A stretch of DNA of 22,834 nucleotides from Hymenobacteraceae bacterium (GCA_947459175.1 CANHCT010000037.1:1-22834), one strand, 5' to 3'. Positions 6,522 to 15,423 are shown, counted from the stretch's first letter. The notes: a model not told the origin generated them from the letters alone. Program-made: numbers and translations.

Positions 6522-9428
6522 ATGTTAATCAAACGCTTTACGCAGACTTTTTTGTCTTTTTGCCTTTTCCTGATTTGGACACAGCTGGCTCATTCACAGA
6601 TTGTTACCATCACTCCGCGCTTTCCGAAAATCACCGATTCCCTCACCATCATCTACGATGCCACAAAGGGAAATCAGGGCCTGATGGACAGCAATGAAGT
6701 GTACATCCACACCGGGGTGATCACCGGAGGACCCAATGCCACCGGCTGGAGCAATGTGCCCATGACCTGGGGCAGTGCCAATGCCCGCTGGAAAATGGAA
6801 AACCTGGGCAACAACAAATTCAGGATGCGGTACCGCCCCACCAACTTTTACAACATTTCACCCACCCTTACGGTGCATCGGCTGGGCTTTGTGTTTCGCA
6901 ACCGCACCGGATCTGCTACCGGAAAAACCGAAAGCAACGGCGATATATTTATGCCTGTTTTTCAGCCCAATCAGCAGGCAGTTGCCTTTTTTGATCCCTC
7001 TTCTGATTTTATCCTGATAGAAAGCGGTGCGGTGGTTCCTTACCTGGGGGCTTCAAATTTTCCGGCCAATCTTCAGGTTTTTGTAAACGGAACTCTTACC
7101 AACTCCGTCAGCAACGATACTACCATCACCGGGAACATACCCACATCCAGCGGTGGTACCAAGAAAATTCTGCTCCGGGCAGCAGGACTGAACAATCTGG
7201 CCGATTCTTTCACTGTAAGGGTCAATCAGCCTGTGCAGGTTGCTGCTTTGCCGGCTGGCGTCGAAGACGGCATCAATGTGCTCAGCCCCACATCGGTGGT
7301 GCTGGTGCTCCGGGCGCCCTTCAAAAATTATGTGTATGCCATAGGCGAGTGGAACAACTGGACCCTGGAAGATGCCAATCAGATGAAAAAAACACCGGAC
7401 GGAAAATTCTGGTGGGTACAGCTCGACAACCTCGACCCTGCCCGGACTTATGCCTTTCAGTATTTGGTAGACGGCAATCTGCGTATCGCAGATCCTTATT
7501 CCGAAATCATCCTCGATCCAAGCAACGACCCCTTTATTACCAGTTCGATTTACCCCAATCTGAAACCTTATCCCAACGGAAAAACAACCGGAAATGTTTC
7601 CGTATTCAAAACCGTCAGTACGCCTTTCAACTGGCAAAATACTTCTTTCAAGCGGCCGGAGAAAAAAGACCTGGTGGTGTACGAATTGCTGATTCGTGAT
7701 TTTGCCAATGTGAAAACCTACAAAATGCTGGCCGATACATTGACATACCTGAAAAAACTTGGGGTAAATTGTGTGAAAATAATGCCGATTATGGAATTTG
7801 AAGGCAACCTGAGCTGGGGCTACAACCCAAGCCATCATTATGCCATTGATAAATTCTACGGTACGGCTACGGCTTTCAAAGAATTTGTGGACAAAGCCCA
7901 TGGGTTGTGTATTGCTGTGGTGCTGGACATAGCACTCAACCATTGTTTCGGTCAATCGCCTCTTTCTCAGTTGTATTGGAATGGTGCATTGAATCGCCCT
8001 GCTGCCAACAACCCCTGGCTCAATGAAGTGCCCAAACACGATTTCAATGTGGGAAGCGATTTCAATCATTCCAGTCCCGATACCCGGTACTACACCGACA
8101 GAGTAATGAAACACTGGCTTCAGGAATACCGGGTTGACGGATTCCGCTGGGATCTTTCCAAGGGATTTACCCAAAGAAATACCCTGGGCAATGTGGCTGC
8201 ATGGGGAGCCTACGATGCCGACCGCATTCAAATCTGGAAAAACCTCTATGACGACATGCAAAGCTATTCTCCTTGTTCCTACTGCATACTGGAGCACTTT
8301 GCCGACAACAGCGAAGAAAGAGAACTGGCAAATTACGGATTGATGTTCTGGGGCAACCTCAATTACAACTACACCGAAGCGGTAATGGGCTGGACCAATA
8401 CCTCCGATCTCAGTTGGGGTTATTACCGTTCCAGAAATTGGAACCAGCCCCACCTCATCACTTATATGGAAAGCCATGATGAAGAGCGCATGATGTATAA
8501 ATCTCTCCAATATGGCAATAACTCACAGGCTGCCAATGGCTACAACCTCCGGGATACCACCACCATCCTGAATCGCATCAAGCTCGCATCAGCATTTTTC
8601 TACACCATCCCGGGACCCAAAATGCTGTGGCAGTTTGGCGAGTTGGGCTATGGGTTTTCCATCAACTGGCCCTGTACCAACCCCTGTACCAACGGGGCAA
8701 ACCGAACCGGCCAGAAGCCCATCCGCTGGGATTACCTCAATGAGCCCAGAAGGCGCAGCCTCTGGAGTGTTACCCAGGCCCTTATGGCCCTCAAGCGCTT
8801 TGAACCGGTGTTCAAAACCGAACCGGCTACCTCCTCACTTTCGGTGGGCAATGTTTCTATGAAGCGTATTGTGCTCACCCATTCTTCCCGCAATGTGGTG
8901 GTACTGGGCAATTTTGGTGTTACCAACAGCACCATGAATCCCAATTTTCCCAATACCGGAAAGTGGTATGAATTTTTTACCGGCGACAGCATCACCGTAG
9001 CCGCCGGAACAGATCCCATTTCTCTCAACAGAGGCGAATACCGGCTCTACAGCAATGTGAGGTGGCAAACTCCCGCGTATTATCAGGCATTGCTTCAAAA
9101 TGAGACTTGCGTACGCCCGCCCAATACTGACCCCTGCGGCAATGTGCTCAGTACAGAGCCCCTCAGCGACTCATACGACAGGGTAGTCATTTTCCCCAAT
9201 CCCGGAAACGGCAGGTTCAGCATCAAGCTGCCTTACCTCACCGACGGATTGGCCAGCATCACCCTTGTGGATATTTCCGGCAAGGTGTGCCTGAGTTCCA
9301 ATACAGAGATGTTTGGAGGAATAGCCGAATCAGATTTTTCTGCAAAAGGACTGAAAGCCGGAATTTATGCCGTGCGGATATCCGTTGCCGGTAAAAATTA
9401 CATGGGCAAAGTATTGATTCAGCCCTGA
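6522..9428 (+). CDS. GH13-family alpha-amylase-like glycoside hydrolase with N-terminal Ig-like/CBM48-like domains and a T9SS C-terminal sorting domain
   Basis: Signal peptide 'MLIKRFTQTFLSFCLFLIWTQLAHSQ' (start moved to ATG 6522). GH13 conserved regions are I 'VVLDIALNH', II 'DGFRWDLSKG', III 'ILEHF' and IV 'ITYMESHDE'. A CBM48/E-set-like segment reads 'GEWNNWTLEDANQMKKTPDGKFWWVQLDNLDPARTYAFQYLVDG'. The C-terminal 'VVIFPNPGNGRFSIKL...AGIYAVRISVAGKNYMGKVLIQP' is a typical T9SS CTD. Confidence 0.85.
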   Translation: MLIKRFTQTFLSFCLFLIWTQLAHSQIVTITPRFPKITDSLTIIYDATKGNQGLMDSNEVYIHTGVITGGPNATGWSNVPMTWGSANARWKMENLGNNKFRMRYRPTNFYNISPTLTVHRLGFVFRNRTGSATGKTESNGDIFMPVFQPNQQAVAFFDPSSDFILIESGAVVPYLGASNFPANLQVFVNGTLTNSVSNDTTITGNIPTSSGGTKKILLRAAGLNNLADSFTVRVNQPVQVAALPAGVEDGINVLSPTSVVLVLRAPFKNYVYAIGEWNNWTLEDANQMKKTPDGKFWWVQLDNLDPARTYAFQYLVDGNLRIADPYSEIILDPSNDPFITSSIYPNLKPYPNGKTTGNVSVFKTVSTPFNWQNTSFKRPEKKDLVVYELLIRDFANVKTYKMLADTLTYLKKLGVNCVKIMPIMEFEGNLSWGYNPSHHYAIDKFYGTATAFKEFVDKAHGLCIAVVLDIALNHCFGQSPLSQLYWNGALNRPAANNPWLNEVPKHDFNVGSDFNHSSPDTRYYTDRVMKHWLQEYRVDGFRWDLSKGFTQRNTLGNVAAWGAYDADRIQIWKNLYDDMQSYSPCSYCILEHFADNSEERELANYGLMFWGNLNYNYTEAVMGWTNTSDLSWGYYRSRNWNQPHLITYMESHDEERMMYKSLQYGNNSQAANGYNLRDTTTILNRIKLASAFFYTIPGPKMLWQFGELGYGFSINWPCTNPCTNGANRTGQKPIRWDYLNEPRRRSLWSVTQALMALKRFEPVFKTEPATSSLSVGNVSMKRIVLTHSSRNVVVLGNFGVTNSTMNPNFPNTGKWYEFFTGDSITVAAGTDPISLNRGEYRLYSNVRWQTPAYYQALLQNETCVRPPNTDPCGNVLSTEPLSDSYDRVVIFPNPGNGRFSIKLPYLTDGLASITLVDISGKVCLSSNTEMFGGIAESDFSAKGLKAGIYAVRISVAGKNYMGKVLIQP

Positions 9429-9448
9429 TTATCAGACCTCTGCTGACA

Positions 9449-10666
9449 TTGAAGAAATCCTGGTTGTTCTGTTTTTTATTGATGGGATATGCCGGGATTT
9501 CTTTTTCCCAAAAAGCCGTTTGGGTCACCCATCTCTATGGAGAAAACGCCCGCTTGCAGCCCCTGGGATTGTTTCAGCAGCATGAAAACCGGTTTCAACT
9601 TGTGTTGAAAGCCGACCGGGATTTTTCGGCGGGCAGGCAAAAAATAAAAGTGGCCGATACCAGCCGCATTCAAATCATCGGACTGCATCAGGATGACCAG
9701 AAAGCAGAGCAGGATACCGGAGAGGCCTATTATCAAAACCGGATTCCTCTTTTGCAGGGCAATCAATGGCTCCTCAAATCGTCTGTCAGAAACGGGAATT
9801 ACTACCTCGCATACGGGCTCAGCACGCCCTTGCTTATTCCTTCCAAGCTCTCGTGGAGTCTGGCCTACCTCGACGGGCGGGGGCACCGCCTTTGGGAGTT
9901 TCATCTGCCGGAAACCATTCAGGTAAGCCAGATCGAAATGTTGCGCGATGGAAAATGCCTTTTGGTGGGTTCCGACCAAAGGAAAAACGGGAGCCGGGCC
10001 ATCATGATTTCTTTGTGGAGCGAATATGGCAAAGAACTCTGGCGTAAGACCTTTGGGGGCAAAGGCGACAACGAAGCCCTTTCGGCTTGCCAGGATTTGG
10101 AAGGACATTTGTATGTATCGGGTTATTTTTCTGCAGATTCCAGCTTTATGGGAAATGTCAGGGATTTGAGCGGCAATGAAAAAGACGGATTTATTGCCTG
10201 TTACAGCCTTTCGGGACAGGAACGATTTTTCAGCCGTCAGCGGGGAGAGGGATTCAATTCAGTTAATTTTATACGGCCCGCCAATCCGGGAAAAATCATG
10301 TTTTTGGCTGCTTTTCGGGGCAAAGACTGGCGGTTGGGTCCATTCGGTTTGCCGCTCAAAGGCCGGCAAGATCTGATAGCGGGCCTCCTGGATCCGCTTC
10401 AGGCAAACGATCAGGATAGTCCGCTTGTGGTTTTTCCCAATCCGGCCACCGAACTGGTGTATTTCGGGCTCGAAAAATCAATCGGCAGGGGCAGGGCAAA
10501 GGCCACCCTTCATAAAAAAGACGGCAGCATACTGCAATCTATGGAGATAGATGGCCGGCCGGGCAGCAGCTTTCGCTTCAATGTATCGAATACCCAGCCG
10601 GGGGCATATTTCATAACCCTGAAATGCGGAACTAAAGCCCTGACAGAAAGAGTGTTGGTGCAGTAG
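9449..10666 (+). CDS. Secreted SBBP-type beta-propeller repeat protein with T9SS C-terminal sorting domain (unknown function)
   Basis: Signal peptide 'MKKSWLFCFLLMGYAGISFSQ' from a TTG start at 9449, 20 bp after the amylase stop. Repeated 'G..DNEALSACQDLEGHLYVSGYFSADSSF / GNEKDGFIACYSLSG' units resemble SBBP beta-propeller repeats. The C-terminal 'LVVFPNPATELVYFGL...GAYFITLKCGTKALTERVLVQ' is a T9SS CTD. Confidence 0.55.
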   Translation: MKKSWLFCFLLMGYAGISFSQKAVWVTHLYGENARLQPLGLFQQHENRFQLVLKADRDFSAGRQKIKVADTSRIQIIGLHQDDQKAEQDTGEAYYQNRIPLLQGNQWLLKSSVRNGNYYLAYGLSTPLLIPSKLSWSLAYLDGRGHRLWEFHLPETIQVSQIEMLRDGKCLLVGSDQRKNGSRAIMISLWSEYGKELWRKTFGGKGDNEALSACQDLEGHLYVSGYFSADSSFMGNVRDLSGNEKDGFIACYSLSGQERFFSRQRGEGFNSVNFIRPANPGKIMFLAAFRGKDWRLGPFGLPLKGRQDLIAGLLDPLQANDQDSPLVVFPNPATELVYFGLEKSIGRGRAKATLHKKDGSILQSMEIDGRPGSSFRFNVSNTQPGAYFITLKCGTKALTERVLVQ

Positions 10667-10681
10667 TGTAATCCTGCGTTT

Positions 10682-10897
10682 CTACTTCCTTTTCTTTTTC
10701 ATAGCCGGATGGGCATAGGGCTTTTTCTCCAACCTGCCGTTCGAATCGTAATCCGGCTCCACCTTTTTTAATCCTTCAGTACTGCCCGCTTTCACCACTT
10801 CCGTTCCGCCCCTGATTTCCGGGCAGGGATAGGTATTGCGCATACAACCGCAGAGGGTCAATACGAAAATTGTGAGAGCGGCCTTATTCAGAATCAT
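10682..10897 (-). CDS. Small hypothetical lipoprotein (71 aa)
   Basis: Start at 'MILNKAALTIFVLTLCGC' (ATG, complement of 10895-10897), a signal peptide with a lipobox-like LCGC. It overlaps the stop of the upstream SirB1-like gene by 14 nt in a different frame, which suggests translational coupling. The rest of the protein is basic and low-complexity. Confidence 0.35.
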   Translation of the reverse strand: MILNKAALTIFVLTLCGCMRNTYPCPEIRGGTEVVKAGSTEGLKKVEPDYDSNGRLEKKPYAHPAMKKKRK

Positions 10898-11765
10898 AGG
10901 GGTCGTTTGCATCGGCCAATACTTCAAGCAATTGCCTCACTTCCTGTTCTTTATCTTCTTCACCTGTTTTTTCAAAAGCCATGATCACATTCCGCAATAC
11001 CCTTCTGATGATATCCAAATGGCTGCAAGGCTGGTAAAAGATGTCGTTTTGCTTCAGATTCAGGTTGTTGAGGTATTGGTCTATATCCTGCTTGCTGAAA
11101 ACCAGGCCCTTATTGAAAACATTGATGTAAAACTGATTTTTTCCCTGCTTGTAGGTGAGGATAAAGAGCCTTGGAAGGTTTACCCCGTAAACAGGTAACT
11201 TCATTTTCTGGGCCACCAGCATGTAAATGCAGCACAGTGATATCGGGTTGCCTTTCTTGGTTTCCAGCACCACATTGAGCATGGAATTGCCGGCAGAGTG
11301 GAAGTTTTTGGTATTAGGAGAAAATTTTAATTTATTGAAAATCACCGAATTCAGAATTTTTATTTGATCCAAAGGCACAGCTTCGGGTTTGAATTCCAGC
11401 CAGGTCTCGTAGTAAATCTGCTGAATCTGATCCTTGATTTTTGAAAATTCCAGATCCGGATACTGATAGGTGGAAACCAGCCAGAGCCCTTCAAGCAAGT
11501 CCTGGCTTCCGGATTCCTTCCACTGCCTGAGCTTCTTTTTCAGGCCTTCGAACTGAAACATATGGATCAGGTCTTCAATCCTTTTTTGGGATACAGGATC
11601 AAAACTTTGCTCCCATTCCTGCTCCAGTATCGGAATGACTGCCTCGCCAAGCGAAATGATTTTCTCCTCCACATGCTGCACCACCTCATCGTCGGTATCG
11701 CCCAACAGGTACACCAGCGCCTTCAGTTCCTTTTCCGACAGTTCCTTTTCCGATTTATTTTTCAT
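10884..11765 (-). CDS. SirB1/YchA-like transglutaminase-fold (UPF0162) protein
   Basis: 'GNPISLCCIYMLVAQKMKLPVYGVNLPRLFILTY' matches the hallmark SirB1-family motif (GxxxSLxxxYLxVAxRLxLPxxGVxxPxHFxLR). The 293-aa length also fits. Confidence 0.5.
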   Translation of the reverse strand: MKNKSEKELSEKELKALVYLLGDTDDEVVQHVEEKIISLGEAVIPILEQEWEQSFDPVSQKRIEDLIHMFQFEGLKKKLRQWKESGSQDLLEGLWLVSTYQYPDLEFSKIKDQIQQIYYETWLEFKPEAVPLDQIKILNSVIFNKLKFSPNTKNFHSAGNSMLNVVLETKKGNPISLCCIYMLVAQKMKLPVYGVNLPRLFILTYKQGKNQFYINVFNKGLVFSKQDIDQYLNNLNLKQNDIFYQPCSHLDIIRRVLRNVIMAFEKTGEEDKEQEVRQLLEVLADANDPYDSE

Positions 11766-11965
11766 CCCTTTGATTATGATGCAGTTGCTTGTGATTATAT
11801 ACTTCGGGCTTTTTACTTTTCATTTTATCCTTCAATCCTTTTATCTGAAACTGACTTATAACCGATTTATTGGCGGAGATGTTCTTCAGGTATTGGAGGG
11901 TTGGACATTTCTTCCTAAAATTGAGGCTTCAAAAAAAATAATTTTTACTCAGCAAATAAAAAAAC

Positions 11966-12367
11966 ATGGGCACAAAGAAATTCAAAGCCGTCATGCTCAT
12001 TGACGACAACGAAATCGATAACCTGATTAATCAAAAAATGCTGGAAGCCTCCGATGTAGCCGAAACCATTTTTATGCATACCGGTGCAAAGGGAGCCCTT
12101 GAGTTTTTGAAAAACATGGAAAAATTGTCCTCCAATGGTGTGGGTATCCCTGAGCTGATTTTTCTTGATATCGATATGCCCCTGATGGATGGTTTTCAGT
12201 TTTTGGATGAGTTTGAAAAACTGTCGGATTACATCAAAAACAATTGCGCCATCATCATGCTGACTTCTTCCGTCAATCCGCAGGATCTGAGTAAGGCCAA
12301 AAAGAGCCATTTTGTAAAAAAATACATCAATAAGCCCCTCACCCAGGAGGCGCTGGAAAAATTGTAA
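11966..12367 (+). CDS. Single-domain response regulator (CheY-like receiver)
   Basis: Acidic pocket 'LIDDNEID', phospho-acceptor 'IFLDIDMP', conserved 'IIMLTSS' and 'KKYINKPL'. 133 aa. No output domain and no histidine kinase nearby. Confidence 0.85.
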   Translation: MGTKKFKAVMLIDDNEIDNLINQKMLEASDVAETIFMHTGAKGALEFLKNMEKLSSNGVGIPELIFLDIDMPLMDGFQFLDEFEKLSDYIKNNCAIIMLTSSVNPQDLSKAKKSHFVKKYINKPLTQEALEKL

Positions 12368-12387
12368 TTCCCGAAAAATTCATTTTC

Positions 12388-12411
12388 AAACCCCGGATCC
12401 GGGGTTTTTTT
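12388..12411 (+). terminator. Rho-independent terminator after the response-regulator gene
   Basis: AAACCCCGGATCCGGGGTTTTTTT: a perfect GC-rich palindrome followed by T7. It starts 21 nt after the stop at 12367. Confidence 0.8.
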
Positions 12412-12416
12412 GTGCC

Positions 12417-13313
12417 TTGAAAAATGTCATCGTCATCACCGGACCGACTGCTTCCGGTAAAACGGCCCTTGCTGTGGCTCTGGCCCGGGAATACCGGGCG
12501 GAAATCGTTTCTGCCGATTCCAGACAGGTATACAAAGAGTTGAACATCGGGGTCGCCCGTCCTTCAGCCGAAGAACTGGAGGCTGTAAAGCACCATTTTA
12601 TTGACCATGTTTCCATTCGGGAGCCCTACTCTGCCGGGCAGTTTGCCAAAGAGGCCTTTGCTTTTTTGGATGCGTATTTTAATAACCATGACACCATCAT
12701 CGTTTGCGGCGGAACCGGTTTATACCTCAAGGCCCTTTTTGAAGGCATAGACCGAAAGCCGGCCGACGAAAAACTTCGCAGTGAGCTCAATCTGAAATTG
12801 TCTTCTCATGGATTGCTGCCATTGGCAGCAGAACTGGAACGACTGGACCCCAAGATGGCTTCAGAAACCGACCTTGGAAATCCAAGGAGGGTAATCCGGG
12901 CATTGGAGTGGCTGATGGCGGGAAAGCCGGCAGAAGAGGTCCGGAAATGGCCTTCCCATTGGCAGGTCCGTTTATTCTCCACCGATTTGCCAAGGGCAGT
13001 ACTGTATGAACGCATCAATGCAAGGGTTGAGCTGATGATGGAGCAGGGGCTTTGGGAAGAGGCATCCGCCCTGTTTGCATTTCGGGAATTGAATGCCCTG
13101 AAAACCGTTGGCTATCAGGAGATATTTGATGCCATGCAAGGCCTTTACAGCAGCGAAACAGCGGTGGAAAAAATAAAACAACATACCCGCAACTTTGCCA
13201 AAAGGCAGGTCACCTGGCTGAACAAAACAGAAAATCTGATCAGAATTCCGGGCGGAACTCAGGCGGAAATGCTGGCATTTGTATTGCACTCCCAGGGCAG
13301 CTCTACGGGCTGA
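12417..13313 (+). CDS. miaA: tRNA dimethylallyltransferase
   Basis: 'VIVITGPTASGKTALAVALA' P-loop, 'IVSADSRQVYKELNIGVARPS', 'IIVCGGTGLYLKAL', 'RRVIRALEW': all MiaA hallmarks. No in-frame ATG. The probable TTG start at 12417 lies 5 nt after the terminator T-tract. Confidence 0.9.
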   Translation: MKNVIVITGPTASGKTALAVALAREYRAEIVSADSRQVYKELNIGVARPSAEELEAVKHHFIDHVSIREPYSAGQFAKEAFAFLDAYFNNHDTIIVCGGTGLYLKALFEGIDRKPADEKLRSELNLKLSSHGLLPLAAELERLDPKMASETDLGNPRRVIRALEWLMAGKPAEEVRKWPSHWQVRLFSTDLPRAVLYERINARVELMMEQGLWEEASALFAFRELNALKTVGYQEIFDAMQGLYSSETAVEKIKQHTRNFAKRQVTWLNKTENLIRIPGGTQAEMLAFVLHSQGSSTG

Positions 13314-13765
13314 AAGTTAAAAAGCTTGCCCATGAAACTGTAAGGTTTTTCGGCCAGCAGTTTTTCGTATGCTGCTTGGTTTTCCTTCAGTTCCAGATTC
13401 AGTTTGGAAATGGTTTGCACATTTTGGTTGATGCTCCTGAGGATTTCTTCCTGCAGATGCTTCGATTCGATTTCGCTGTACAATTTGCCAAAAGCCGTAT
13501 TAACCGATTGCAGTTTTTCTTCTAATGCCCTGCTGTTGAGTTTACCGCTCAGGTATCCGCATAGGTTTTCGCAAAAGCCCTCCAGTTCGGGAACGGAGAG
13601 GCTCTCCAACTGGTCCACATCCGAACGAACCTGCTTTTTGGCTTCCTGAATCCGGGCAATGTAGCCGAGAATCGTATTTTTATAATTTCGGAAAGTGTGG
13701 TAATTGAGCGAAATGACCAAAAAAATAAGTCCTGAAATTACTACGAAAAAAGGAACATAACCCAT
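13259..13765 (-). CDS. Hypothetical membrane-anchored coiled-coil protein (168 aa)
   Basis: ATG at 13763-13765 (complement). N-terminal TM 'GYVPFFVVISGLIFLVISL', the remainder predicted helical or coiled-coil. It lies 14 nt downstream of pfkA on the same strand. The 3' end overlaps miaA convergently by 55 nt. No family recognised. Confidence 0.45.
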   Translation of the reverse strand: MGYVPFFVVISGLIFLVISLNYHTFRNYKNTILGYIARIQEAKKQVRSDVDQLESLSVPELEGFCENLCGYLSGKLNSRALEEKLQSVNTAFGKLYSEIESKHLQEEILRSINQNVQTISKLNLELKENQAAYEKLLAEKPYSFMGKLFNFQPVELPWECNTNASISA

Positions 13766-13779
13766 TTTAAATCAATAGT

Positions 13780-14751
13780 TTAAATGCTCAAAATATCCAC
13801 CATGCGGATAAGGTCCGGATGAATGGGTTTTTTCATGGAGATGGTTTCTTTGAAAGGCGTATACACCACCTCGTTGTTCACGATTCCGGCCATTACATTT
13901 TTTCTTCCGTTGATGAGGCCCTCCACGGCTGCAATGCCCAGTCGGGAGCTGAGGATGCGGTCGAAAGCAGACGGCGCCCCCCCGCGCTGGATGTGGCCCA
14001 GCGTGGTTACCTTGATATCGGCAAAGGGAACATGTTTTTTTACCCGGTTGGCAACAGCCTGTGCACCGCCCTCTTCATCGCCCTCGGCCACCACAATGAT
14101 GGAGGAGGTCTTGGCCCGGTTCCAGCCGCCTTTCAGGGTTTCAATCACCTCTTCGATAGAGCTGCTTGTTTCGGGTACCATCACCAGTTCGGCGCCCCCG
14201 CCTATACCCGATTGTATGGCAATATACCCGGAATCACGGCCCATCACTTCCACAAAAAAAATGCGGTCGTGGGAGTCTGCCGTATCTCTGATTTTGTCAA
14301 TCGCATCCAGGGCTGTGTTTACGGCCGTGTCGAAGCCGATGGTGTAGTCGGTGCCGTACAGGTCGTTGTCTATGGTTCCCGGAGCGCCCACAGTGGGAAT
14401 GCCGTATTCGTTGTAGAAAATATCTGCACCGGTAAAGGTTCCGTTTCCACCAATGGCTATGAGGCCCTCGATACCCAGAAGCTGTATTTGTTCATAGGCC
14501 TTTTTGCGGCCTTCCGGGGTTCGGAATTCCTCGCTTCGGGCTGATTTGAGAATGGTACCGCCCCGCTGAACCGTGTTGCTGACGGCTTTGGAATCCAGTT
14601 TTACAATATCGCCTTTAATCAGGCCATTGTAACCCCTGCGTATGCCGTAGATTTCGAGGCCATAGTAAACAGCTGACCTGACTGCAGCCCTTACACAAGC
14701 GTTCATACCCGGAGAATCTCCTCCCGAGGTAAAAACCGCAATTTTTTTCAT
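13780..14751 (-). CDS. pfkA: ATP-dependent 6-phosphofructokinase
   Basis: 'KKIAVFTSGGDSPGMNA', 'IGGNGTFTGA', 'GAPGTIDNDLYGTDYTIGFDTA', 'MGRDSGYIA', 'LGHIQRGG': near-complete identity of the PfkA signature motifs. 323 aa. Confidence 0.93.
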   Translation of the reverse strand: MKKIAVFTSGGDSPGMNACVRAAVRSAVYYGLEIYGIRRGYNGLIKGDIVKLDSKAVSNTVQRGGTILKSARSEEFRTPEGRKKAYEQIQLLGIEGLIAIGGNGTFTGADIFYNEYGIPTVGAPGTIDNDLYGTDYTIGFDTAVNTALDAIDKIRDTADSHDRIFFVEVMGRDSGYIAIQSGIGGGAELVMVPETSSSIEEVIETLKGGWNRAKTSSIIVVAEGDEEGGAQAVANRVKKHVPFADIKVTTLGHIQRGGAPSAFDRILSSRLGIAAVEGLINGRKNVMAGIVNNEVVYTPFKETISMKKPIHPDLIRMVDILSI

Positions 14752-14972
14752 AATGTATTGAATCTGAACAAATTCAGAATTTCCCTGTAAAATTTATTGA
14801 ATGCAAATAAAGCCATTTTAAAGCCTTTGGCAAAAAGATTACCCTGAATTGTCTGCAGTAAACATAACGGCCTGGCTTCTGCAAAGTTTTTTCAGAGGAA
14901 ATTTTTTTTCCTCAATTGATTAAACCTTTATTATTTGCGGCTGTTCTGAGACATCAAAAAATCAATAACAGT

Positions 14973-15359
14973 ATGAAAAAGACATGGATGGCAATTTTTG
15001 CCTTTATCTTCGGATTGAGCACCGCATTTGCACAACAGGAACTGGCAGGTTCAGAGAAAATGGACCCGGTTAAAAGGGCCGACAGGTTTACAAAAAAAAT
15101 GACCACCGAACTCAACCTTGATGCCGCCCAGCAGGACCGCATCAAGGGAATTAATCTCGACAGATTCAAGCAGTTGGCTGAGGCCAGGAGTACCTTTGGT
15201 CAGGACAAAAGCACCCTTCGGAGCAAGGTAAAAGAGATCAACGACAATTATTTCAGCACCGTAAAGGGCGTCCTGAATGCAGACCAGTTTGCTAAATTTC
15301 AGGAGATGAAGGAAGAGATGAAAGAAAAGGCCATGGCCCGGCGGCAGTCGAAAAAGTAA
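14973..15359 (+). CDS. Periplasmic LTXXQ-motif protein (Spy/CpxP-like, DUF4890-like)
   Basis: Signal peptide 'MKKTWMAIFAFIFGLSTAFAQ' (start moved to ATG 14973). Two LTXXQ-like motifs ('LNLDAAQQDRIKGI', 'LNADQFAKFQEM') in a small helical, lysine-rich protein. Confidence 0.55.
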   Translation: MKKTWMAIFAFIFGLSTAFAQQELAGSEKMDPVKRADRFTKKMTTELNLDAAQQDRIKGINLDRFKQLAEARSTFGQDKSTLRSKVKEINDNYFSTVKGVLNADQFAKFQEMKEEMKEKAMARRQSKK

Positions 15360-15380
15360 TCTGCACAATAAAACCTCCGA

Positions 15381-15423
15381 ACAGGCTCCAAATGGGTTTT
15401 TCCGTTTGGAGCCTGTTTTTTTT
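15381..15423 (+). terminator. Rho-independent terminator after the LTXXQ gene, possibly bidirectional for the convergent gene
   Basis: CAGGCTCCAAA (15382-15392) pairs with TTTGGAGCCTG (15405-15415), an 11-bp stem, followed by T8. Confidence 0.75.

Noticed and set aside
7053-8510. 485-aa antisense ORF inside the GH13 gene. Similar long antisense ORFs occur at 16677..17549 (inside pheT), 18729..19820 (inside the ABC transporter gene), 5703..6053 (Ala/Ser-rich, antisense to the flotillin EA repeats) and 9476..10108.
   Set aside because: All are fully contained within strongly supported genes on the opposite strand. Their translations are low-complexity or lack recognisable motifs. Long antisense ORFs are a routine artefact of codon bias.
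14752-14972. AT-rich imperfect inverted repeats (for example GAATCTGAACAAATTCAGAATT and TTTATTGAATGCAAATAAA) in the pfkA/LTXXQ divergent promoter region.
   Set aside because: The arms match only 7/9, and the region is generally AT-rich. They are plausible regulator sites, but I cannot tell them apart from chance by eye.
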